DNA of 64,000 bases from Lingula anatina (lineage: Eukaryota; Animalia; Brachiopoda), in assembly GCA_051362555.1 (NCBI GenBank), contig CM120641.1:43964401-44028400 (forward strand). The letters run 5' to 3'. Of this stretch, positions 12,565 through 22,735 are shown piece after piece (position 1 is the first letter of the stretch; every line of letters starts with the position of its first letter). The position numbers were made by a program, and so were the translations under genes. The notes under the pieces were generated by a model, which saw only the letters and a program-made list of their open reading frames with translations, did no database searches and had not been told where the DNA came from.

Positions 12565-15500
12565 TACTTTATTGTATGTCTGTAATCTGATGGTAGGTTA
12601 CGATTTTTGGCCTTTGAATATATTTTTCACTAGAAAAAAAATTAGAGATAAGTGGTAAGTTCTGTGCACAATGACTTACCTGGTTAGCACCACAAGTGAA
12701 AAAGAAAGTTGCACTTGTTAGGAAGGCAGTCATGATAGTGCAAAAGCTAAATTTCCACAACATCCCGGAGAGTTGAGTCCAACTGCTTATTCTGTGATAG
12801 CAAGTAGTATCTGTTTAATTTTACTATGTGGTACATGCCTTTATAAGCATTTCATGTGTAGTATTGGTTATATACCTAATGCTGGCAGACTGAAACCATT
12901 TCAATCTAAGTGACACCAAAGGAACTAATTTTAGTTATGTGTATGCCCTCTCAGTAATAATCCAAGCAAATTAAGTGGCTGAATATGGAAGTTGGATTTA
13001 TTTAATGAGGTGTCACCTACTGCATGGGTGATTACAAAAATAACAGATACTGATACATATTTAATAGGTGTAGCACTTAAAGGGATCTCTCTGTGCTCGG
13101 TTTGAATTTTGTGTAAATGCACCTTTTTTGACTGCATCAAGTGGCATTGATTTTCACCAGCCAATGAAAAAACAAGTTGTGGCTTTATCATTTATTTTCT
13201 TCCTAGAACTCAATCTGAGATTTTTTCATAAATCTAATTTAGAACTTGATAAGGTCACGCATAATAATTATAGATAATAATGGGAACGCAGTCAACTTTA
13301 AGTGTAATAGTAGACACTTTAGGCTAAGATTAAAGTGAAAGAATTGGATATTTCTGTACCAAAGAATATATACTTTTCAAAAGAAGTTAGGGAACACTTC
13401 CAAAGGTAGACAATAAAAAAGAATGTTAACTGTTCAATAACTATGAAGGTAGTAATAATAGTTGTCAACCATCCCTTCATTGAATTGTGCATTGTGTTTG
13501 AAATTTCCCATCAGTTATTATAATACAATTGAGCATAAAAAGGAAGGGGGGAAATTAAATTCACAGCTGCAAGAGTCTTTTCATGTGTATCTGCCTCTGG
13601 AAGCCACATATTAATGTCTGGATCTGGAGTCACTGCCTGACTAGAATTCCCTTCTTGGATAAACCATTAAGCAAGCTTATTGAGATCTACTGGTGGAGGG
13701 TGGATTTCACTGAAATCATAGCTCTAAATGGTCCCATAAGGGTGTATATCGGGCAAACAGGCAGACCAGCCCTTTCTGTGGATGTTCCTCTGCAGACAGA
13801 AATCTTAGGAAACCCTTGCACAATGAGGATGCATGTTGTCAACTTGTAGAATATTGCTCCATATGACCTATCCTACAGTGGCATGGCATTACCAGGTGCA
13901 TCAGGATTTTATTCCCAGTGTAGAATCTGGTGAAATTACCATTAATAATGTAAAGGGGGGTGGGGGGGGGGGGGGGATGAAAACCCACCCCATACCATTA
14001 CACTGCCATGGCATGTACACTTGATGTGCTTGCTGAAGGTTGCAACTATATGGACTCACCTGTGCACATGAGTGCCACTGTTGCTGGTCTAGGTAATCTT
14101 AACTCAGTTAAGGCAACTATTCACCATTCTTGATGTGTCCAGTGTCTGTGATTTGTTGTCAGTGCTACACCAGCTGATCTGTGTCTTGTCAGTAGGACTA
14201 GCTAAAGCTGAACTGCTTCGAGACGTGAAGAGAGTATATACTCCCTTAGACAGCTTCTAACAGTTTGGTTTTGATAAGTGTGAGGACCCTTCTGGGTTTT
14301 TCCGGCAGTGACAGTAATGTTCCGTTTGTGAAACAAATAACAAAGGTCCTGAGCTGGGGTTGTGACACAAGGTCAAACTGACCTGTGTCTGTTGGCTTAC
14401 TCCCTGTTACTTTCAACCCCTGATTACTGCTAATGGATTACTAGAGGATTTACACCTAGTCTTCTGGCAGTCTCTGGTCTTCCAAAACCTCTATTTAATA
14501 AACTAGTATCCCTCTTTCCTCCAGTGACATTAACCATGGCATTAAGGTATAGCCTTTTTTATGCCTTATGTCATATTTTACTTACATCTGTTTTACCTGT
14601 TGTGGATAATTAAAATTTTCGTGTTGACCTTGCTGTTAAGCAGAATGTTTTATTGCCTCAGAATTGAGAGAAGCCTATTTTGTGTATCATCATTTTCTGT
14701 TTTTTGTCTGTACATTTGACAGCTTTGCTGCTTATTTGTTTGTTTTTTTCAGCATACATTATTTTTAATACCAATAACACATTTCAAGGAAAACCACTTG
14801 CAGGAATGATTTTAATCTTTAGTAATATTAAAATATTACTAAAATTCAGGTTGAATTTGAAAATCAGTTTGACTATGCTGTTTTTTGTGTTTTTTTCAGC
14901 ATATTTTGATAAGTGCTCAATAACCCTCAAAGGAACTACGGGAAAAGTGGCATGTGGAGATTTCTAATATGACTTTAGATTTAACCTTTGGCCAATTTTT
15001 CATGGTCAGAGGGGCCAAAATTTTGTAAAAAATGTGTGAAAAAATTTGTTTGTGCTGATTTGCTTTGATAGTATGGAGAGAAGTTACACTCTTTACAACT
15101 GAAACATATGCATCCATAGCTACCATTTAACATGAATAAGCTCAATCTCTAAAATTTGGTGTTGATTCTGTACTCATGTAAAATTGCATCAAAATTGACA
15201 AAATGAACTAATTTCTACATCATTATTTGCTTTTGTTAGTACATTTTACAGTTTTGCTGCTTGTTTTTTTACCATTTAAAACTGAAATACAGAGAAATAA
15301 TTCAAATGAAAATGAAACTGCAGCACCTAAAATTTACCTCGCCAAGAATTTTGTGTTTTAAGTTTATCTGATTATGTCTACAGTAAAGCCAAAACTGTAT
15401 ATTATACAGTGTTGGTTTGTCCAGAAGTGAGCTTAGACTAAGCAAAAAAAAAATTTAAAAAATCATATCTGCTTCTAAAATTCATTCACCAATTTTTGGC

Positions 15501-18500
15501 TGGCAGTATTTTCATGATAAAGTTACAGCTTGAAACAATAAACATCTGCCTTCCCACCAGCATTTTGGTCAATCCAGCCCTTGTACCCAGATGTCAGGGA
15601 TCTGCTACTCCCACAGCCAGGTCTAGGGAAACGGATAGGAAGGTAAATTTTCCCATCAGATGCCCAACCAAATGCACAGACATCCAGTCCGTCTTCCCAT
15701 GCAGCCTGTAGTTGGGCTGGTGTTACGATTTTGGCGCCACGTTCAATACATGCCTGTTTGGCTTGGTTAAAGGACAATTTGTAACTACCTTCAGATGAAT
15801 GAACATGGAAAACTGGAACTAAAAAGAATTAGTACTTTCAAGTTACTAGTAAAGAGAATTAGTAGATTCAGTAAAAGGAAGATATGTAAATAAAATCCTA
15901 GTGTATAAACAGATGTATTCACATTTTGTCAAGGATATTTAACCTCTACATTTCAGATTTAGTCTTGCTAGACACATACACTTTGTACATGCAAGTGTAC
16001 CAATATGCGCAAGTTGAATTGATTTAGTCAAAATAATTTGAATGTATAGGTGAGGATTTATTTAGTTTACTGCAAATTAACTCTAAAAGTTGTAAAAAAG
16101 GGGAAAAATCAACTCCAAGCACAAAAAATCCAGCTCAAGAGTTTTTCAATGTTAAAGAAAACTTTTTTCAGGACAAAAATCCATTTCGATACAATTTTTG
16201 GAGCACAGTAACTGGCTCAAAGAAAGAAAAGTGTCAAAGAGGAGATCAGAACTCGGAATTTTTTTTTTTTTTTTTTGCATCAATAATATTATGTCCTTGA
16301 TGTGTTAACTGCTGTAAAAATACCTACTGTGATGTCTTCTTGCATTTTGTTCCATCAGTGTCTTCAAAGCCTGCAGTTGTTCCCGAAGGTTTCGGACATC
16401 TTGTTGGGTCGAACCCTTGAGGTCATCAATACTCTGCTTTATATCTTGAAGCTCTTGGATTTCTACAATGCCAGCAATTCCAGCAACACCAGTAACCTGT
16501 AACCAGAGTGAGAAAAAGTTGCAAATTATGTTTAAGATGTATTTATTTCTTTATCTGTCTGTCTGTCTGTCTGTAAGTCTGTTTATCTATTTATTTACTT
16601 ATTTTGTGTGAATTATTGAATTTTTGTTTTGTAACTGAGCAGAAGCTTCTTATGAACTAGATTTTAAAATCAGGATATGAACTGAAAAGGATCTTTATCT
16701 GACTGTTGTCTCATCCTACATAGAAATTTTTGGTTATTGAGTTTACTTTTAAGACTTAATAATTTTTAAAAATCTGTACACACTGACTAACCTGGTTAGC
16801 ATCACAAGTGAAACCGAAATTGGCACTTGTCAGGAAGGCAGTCACTATAGTGCAAACACAAAATTTCAACAGCATCCTGCAGAGATTGTTTTGCTTATTC
16901 TGTGATTGCAAGTCGAATCTGATGAGCAGTTATTTTGATGTTAATGCTTTTATAAACACATTGTTGGTCGTAGTTACACTTGACACTGAAAGGTTGAAAC
17001 CGATTCAATCTAAATGATGTCCCAAGAACTAATTGTAAATAGGCAGTTGCCCTCTTATCAATAATCCAAGAAATTAAATTGGTTGAATATAGAAATGAAT
17101 GTAGTTCATGAGATGTGACTGTCCACTTGATTACTATCAGATACTGATAGCATTTAGGGGGAACCTTCAGCAGTCTGTTGGAACTGTGTATAAATGCACC
17201 CTTTTTACCAAATCAGTTGTCATTTAGTTTCACCGACTGATGTAATTGCAAATTGCGGTCTTATTTCCTCTCAGAGCTTAAACACGGATTTTTATTCTAT
17301 GAACCTAATTTAGAACTTACTGTGGTCATGCTTATAGATAGTAACAGGAACACAGTCAACTTTGTTTCTAATAGCAGGCATTTCAGACAAAGATAACAGG
17401 AAGGGATTGGCTTTTTATGCCAAAGAATAGAATTTCTTTCTATACCAAAGAAAATATAATATTATATGAACCTCTAAAGAGCATATATTCCTAAAAATGC
17501 ACTGTACAAATAAATAGCAACAAAATTTTAAAAATGTGATTTTCCCCAATTAGTTATTTCTATATAACAGCATCTGTTCAGAGGGCCCATGCAGGAACTC
17601 TTACCTGATGTACATATTTCGCTATTTATTTTTTATATATGAATAAATAATTATAAATAAATAATTTAAAAAAAATATCAATAATAACAACAACTTTTAT
17701 TTCCCTTCACAGACCCAAAAAGTGTCACTGGCATTGTTTTAGATGAAGTGGCTCATGCTATAGTTAACAGGGCATATGAAGACACTGGTTATTATAAGAC
17801 AGCTGCCAAGATGTGCAAGATAATTACACAGGTAACTAGTGGTGTGCACCTCATACTCTTCAGTTCACTAGTCACTTTAATGGTAGCCCTCTGACAAATT
17901 ACTGTCCAAATCTAAATTTTCTTGTCTGAAGATGAAATTTACCATAATGAAAACAACCATTTTTTTCATTGGCCTATTTGGACTAGTCACTTTGAAAAAA
18001 AAAATTAATACTCCAATGTTATTTCTAGTGGTCAGTTGCCTCAGATCAGTAGCTGTTGTCACAGACTGTTTAGATTTGTGTGCTTGACACAACTAAAAGA
18101 GACAGACTTAGAAAAATATGACACCCATATGTTAAATTGTCTTTTGAGAAAAAGATTGACTTGGAAAGATAAGACACCCACAAGGTTATTTCTAATAAGA
18201 GACAGACTTGGAAAGATAAGACAGCTACATGCTTATTTTGAAACAAGGGAACAGACTTGGAAAAAATATGACACTCGCATGACATTTTCATAATTTTAGA
18301 AAGAGACAGGCTTGGAAAAATATGATACCCACATGTTTATTTCCATCATTTTTTGAAAGAGACAGAATGGGGAAAAATATGACACTCAAATTACATTTCC
18401 ATAATTTTAGAAAGAGACAGAACTGGAAAAATATGACGTCATTCCCTGTAGCAGGTTCAGATATGCTGTGATAGACCACTGTCAAAGACTCTATGATGAC

Positions 18501-20484
18501 CATGTCCAGATGAGAGAGACAAACAGAAGATTCTGGATGGAGTATGTCCATTTTCTGGCAGAACTGTACCACCAGATAAGGGATTCATGTGGACGTGGAA
18601 TCAGGGGGATATTTGATGTCCTGTATAAAGCTCTGATGGTTCTGAGCAGACCTCCTTGTATTTTTGAGCCAGATGAGGTAAGGAATTTTGTGATGAGAAG
18701 AGAAGTGGGGTGTTTTGATAAATTACTGTACTTGTTTTTTTTTCTTGTTATTGTTGTTATTATAATTATTTCTGTTGCCATTTTAATCTGTTTATTTATT
18801 TACATATAATACTTATTTTGTTTATTTCAAGAAATTAGAAGGAAAAAAAGAGGAGCATTTCCTCAAAATTACTTTTAAATGTGATGTGTTAATTCTTATT
18901 ATTGGTCCCTCTGCACCATAGAAAAGATTGGAAAAGTCACATAACTTGTATAATTTTGTTGCTGTTTATTTGTACTGAACATTTTCAGGAATATATATGT
19001 TTTTCAGAGATTTACATATATATTCTTTTGTACAGAAAAGTTCAATTTTTTCCCTTTAATCTTAGCCTAAAGCATGTGCTATTACTCACAAAGTTAATTG
19101 TGTTCCCATTATTATCTCTGATCGTGACATTATCAAGTTCTAACTTTAGTTTATGAAAAAAATCCGAGTTTAAGCTATGGAAGGAGATGATAAGCCCACG
19201 CTTTTACATATTGGCTGGTGAAAACTAAATACCACTTGATTTGGTAAAAAAAGACAGATTTATAGTTTATACACCATTCCAACAGACTGCTGAAGATGTC
19301 TTATATTTGCTGTCAGTATCTGTTTGTAATTTTAAAAGTAGACAGACAATCATCATAAACTACACCCATGTCTACATTAAACCAAAGAAATTTCATCCTA
19401 AAGTGACCAGTAACATATACTTATTCCTTTGCTTATTTCAAGAGTGTAGAGGGGGGAAAGGAAGAGACATTTCCTTAAATTACTTTGTTAAATTATTTAT
19501 TTATTTATGAATTTACAATTATTATTGTTATTATTTTTCTTATTAGTTGTTGTTGTTGTAGTTGTAATATTTTTGGTAAATCTAGGATGAAATTTCTTTC
19601 AGAATAAAGGTTAGTATTAGCAGAATATAATATTTGGACTAAATCAACGACAAATCTGGTGTAATCTTGAAATATCTATTATTATCTATGTAATTTTTTA
19701 AAAATAAGATGCTTAACTACGTTTGGATAAACTGCACTACTAACTTCAGCCAATTATCAGCATACTATTGTTGCAACAGCTTGTTAAGAAATTTGTACAA
19801 TTGGGCATGTCTCCTGTTTGTAATATGATTTGATATTCTTATTCTCTTAGTCTGAAAATATCTTGCATTTAAAAATACTGACACTGATTTGAATTTTCAT
19901 GCATTTCAGTAAAACCATCACAAAGCAAAATGATCCAAACATTTTGATGGACCACATATGTAACATAAAAAGGGACCATTCTTACAGATATTTGAATTGA
20001 TCTATCTCCCTGGGGAGTCTCACTAAATTGCTGTCAAATTGATCAGCTGAAATGTCTTTCATACCTAGTAAAGCTGTTTTGGTAGGCATGACAGACATTT
20101 AAGCCGGTTAGTTGACAGCAATTTAGTGAGACACCACCCAGGGAGTTAGATCGATCCAGATGGATCGATCTAGGCATGGGAACCCAGTTTAATGATTAAA
20201 AAAACCAAAAGCTCTGTTTCAGTTGCCAAAGCCCAAAATGAGTTAATTTGTATTTCCAGATGGACGTGCTATGCTCCATCTTGCACGAGGTGGGTCAGGA
20301 CTTGGAGGTGGACGATGGTGACCAGATGGACACTTTGATATGTGGTGTGCGTGATGCGGCATTGGAACCGCACACTGAGCCCTGGTGCAGGGGGACACTG
20401 ATGCAGATCTTAGAACTACGAGCAAGTCGCTGGGAGCTACCTCACCATGTGGCACAGTTTTATTATGAAAACTCTGCAGATTGA
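9316..20484 (+). CDS. MIF4GD: MIF4G domain-containing protein (MIF4GD/SLIP1 or CTIF-like), ~333 aa
   Basis: Exons 9316-9556, 10429-10578, 17713-17831, 18411-18677, 20260-20484 (1002 nt, in frame; alternative ATG at 9328). Segments IAKALKNPKSV..LDEVAHAIVNRAYED..AAKMCKIITQ, FRYAVIDHCQRLYD..WMEYVHFLAELY and QMDTLICGVRD..LMQILELRASRWE..QFYY follow the MIF4GD/CTIF domain in order. Orthology (MIF4GD or CTIF) is unresolved. Confidence 0.8.
9568..9852. mobile_element. Palindromic MITE (GG(C/G)(A/C)CCATTC termini, PIF/Harbinger-like)
   Basis: About 100-bp imperfect inverted arms (e.g. gcttaatcctgtaatggtctct / agagaccattacaggattaagc). The reverse complement of the right end, GGGACCATTC, equals the left end of the element at 19972. 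Confidence 0.75.
11660..12763 (-). CDS. Secreted coiled-coil + Link (Xlink) module protein, copy A (~182 aa), nested antisense in a MIF4GD intron
   Basis: Exons 12763-12680 (signal-like MLWKFSFCTIMTAFLTSATFFFTCGANQ), 12485-12317 (heptad region IQELKDIKQSIDDLKGLTQKEIQNLQHQMQTLKSLMDQI) and 11955-11660 (VFHAESSEGHYKLSFNQAKQECIERGAKIATPAQLRAAWEDGLGVCAFGWASDGKVYLPI..PGCG..ADVYCF). The last exon fits the four-Cys Link consensus of TSG-6/HAPLN. TATAAA on the minus strand at 12840-12845. Confidence 0.88.
12527..12564. repeat. (TTTA)n microsatellite
   Basis: Tandem TTTA run in intron 1 of Link copy A. Confidence 0.85.
13522..14545 (-). mobile_element. Decayed Tc1/mariner transposon remnant
   Basis: The minus strand yields broken Tc1 motifs with stops and frameshifts: MPWLMSLEERG..ETARRLGV..VTTPAQD (HTH region), GSVMVWGGFS, PLYIINGN, ILQVDNMHPHCARVS*DF..GWSACLPDIHP (compare FQQDNARPH..WPACSPDLNP). 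Boundaries are approximate. Confidence 0.75.
15523..16875 (-). CDS. Secreted coiled-coil + Link module protein, copy B (~182 aa), nested antisense in a MIF4GD intron
   Basis: Exons 16875-16792, 16496-16328, 15818-15523, the same sizes (84/169/296 nt) and phases as copy A. Link module VFHVHSSEGSYKLSFNQAKQACIERGAKIVTPAQLQAAWEDGLDVCAFGWASDGKIYLPIRFPRPGCG..ADVYCFKL. TATAAA on the minus strand at 16949-16954. Confidence 0.88.
18096..18437 (+). repeat. Degenerate minisatellite (~45-60 bp unit, about 7 copies) spanning the acceptor of MIF4GD coding exon 4
   Basis: The unit aaagagacagacttggaaaaatatgacac.. recurs; the last copy (from 18411) is the in-frame exon start KETELEKYD. Confidence 0.8.
19972..20185. 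mobile_element. Palindromic MITE, same family as 51428-51652
   Basis: Inverted arms ctccctggggagtctcactaaattgctgtcaa / ttgacagcaatttagtgagacaccacccagggag; GGG...CCC termini. Confidence 0.75.
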
Positions 20485-22735
20485 TGATAGTAGCATATGG
20501 AGGAGGCAGGGGATGGGGAGGGGAGGGGGTAAAGGAGGAAGATCCTCTACAGAGCAAGTAATTTTATGTAACAACAGTGATGGAATCCCTTGGTTTATTT
20601 TAAAATGCAATATTAAGCTGTTTGAAGACCCAAATTGATTATTTCAGGAGGGAAGGAAAATGCCTTTTTTTTCTGTATTTACATTGACTGTTGGTCAGCA
20701 ATTCACTATTTGATACTTTTAGTTTATTTTTGTACATTTTGATTATTCTTTATATTTTGTACACTGTTTTGCAGTACTAAGTTTGTTTCTTGAATTGTTT
20801 ATGAATCACAAACCTCCTAGTCAAGTACTTCATAATGTCAGAAAAAAATGCCATGCTTTTATTTACTGCTTTTATTTTGTGTCCAATTTGCCGCCATGAT
20901 GGAAATGATTTGTGTAGTGCATAAACTTTTTTTATCAGCTTGTAGAAGCAGCTTTTCATTAGTTTTCTGGAACATGTACATTTAGCTAAAAGTGCCAAAA
21001 TCATATACTGTAAATGGTATGCTGCTCAAGTGTCCTGACCAGCACTTCCCGGGCACTTTTCAACTTTTATTAAAATATTTGTATACATTTACATGGTTTG
21101 TAAACCTACTAAAACTAATAACATTAATGGAGTACTTGGTAGTCTCTGATAATTACCATGATATTCAATAGTTCAGCGTGTTTATATTGGAATACGCAAG
21201 TTCCTTGTACTCCTTCAATGTAATTGTGATGTCAAGCATGTCAACAAGTTAATGGCTGCACTGGTTTATTTTGTTATATTTACCTTTGTTTTAAATACTG
21301 GGATAATTTCATGGGAAGATATATGGATTTTTTTTTGTGTGTTTTTGTCATAATTTCTTGTGACTGCTGCAATACACACTGTGCTACTTCAGACCCCAGA
21401 TCAAGGCCCAGTGACAGTTTTAGCATTTCCTTGTTTATGTAGTGTAGGGTTAATCTAGTAGCGAGTCTAATGTTACACCTTATCCAGTGTTTTATGTGGG
21501 ATTTCACCAGTGCAAATAAAAGCTTAATATAATAAGCAGGATTTCTCTCAGATACTTCTCAAATTGCTACTAAAGGTATGCAGGTCTAGTATGAAAGTAA
21601 AGCATTTTTGCTGAAATGCTGGTAGGAAAAATGTTTTTTATCTTTGAAAAATCTCAAATGTAGGTAACTTTAAGAGTTTGACTCCCAGAGTGAAATTTTT
21701 TAAGGCTTCATATTTTCTTCATACACCTTGCCTTCCATTGATGGTAGTTTCTGTCTTTTCATTTAATGTTTGAAGTTTTCTTTCGCAACCACCATAGGTA
21801 AATACCAGTAGACAAGATTTACATGAAAATAATTCAGGAAAAAAATTCAGAGTAAATATCGTTTACTTTATGTACCAGAGACTCTAATTATTTAGAATAT
21901 ACATTCTATTTTACATACATATCGAAAAGTAACAAAATGGTTTTGCATATGTACATGTACTTAAGTAAAACGTGTAGATAGAAAATTACTTACGTTTCAT
22001 ACTGTGTATAAACGAATGTCATTTCAGACACGTCTTTGCACTGTTAACTTTTACCTACTTCATATGTATTCCATAGTAATGAAAATAAGACATCATAATA
22101 AATATAAACTTTAATGAAATTCCAAAAAGATACATGATAAAGAGTATTTTGATAAAGATAGATTTAAAATTCCACCGTGGCATAATTTAAAACGGATTAA
22201 AATAATCCTGAACAGTATAAAGATGGTTGCTTATAATTACTGTATTAATTACTTAATGTACCACCATTATATTCATATCGCTTATGTTTTAGTATAGAAA
22301 AATAAGTGAATGCCAATTCAAATGCCCTTTAAAATGTGAAAAAGTCCATATGCTCGCCCAACGAAAAAGAAAGTATACGCACACGTACGTTAAAAATTTA
22401 TGCGCACCCTTCCGCCCACCCCCCCAAAAAAAGAAAAAAAAACTTTGCCCTCAGACACGCATTCATACCTAAGTAGATCTAATCACATTTTCAACAAATC
22501 GATATTGATACTTAAAATAAGCTGACTTCATCTGACTCGTGCAATGACGGAACATTAAGCTTACAGTTTTTTTATGCTTGAAAAATTCAAGTGGAATTTT
22601 TAAAAAGAACACTGATGTCCATACTAGGCTCCAAAAGTGAGCATCTCCCTGCATTATACAGATCTAAAACTATTGACCTTTATATATATTTGTATATTTT
22701 CGAATGTTTTATATATATTGACATTTGTGTAACCG

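Noticed and set aside
13583-13849. Plus-strand ORF containing VYIGQTGR, resembling a Penelope GIY-YIG endonuclease motif
   Set aside because: It is the antisense reading of the Tc1 WPxxSPDxNP region. No other GIY-YIG or reverse-transcriptase motifs are present.
18096-18437. CRISPR-like repeat-spacer appearance
   Set aside because: The repeats are degenerate, the spacers are related to each other, the context is a eukaryotic intron, and no cas genes are present.
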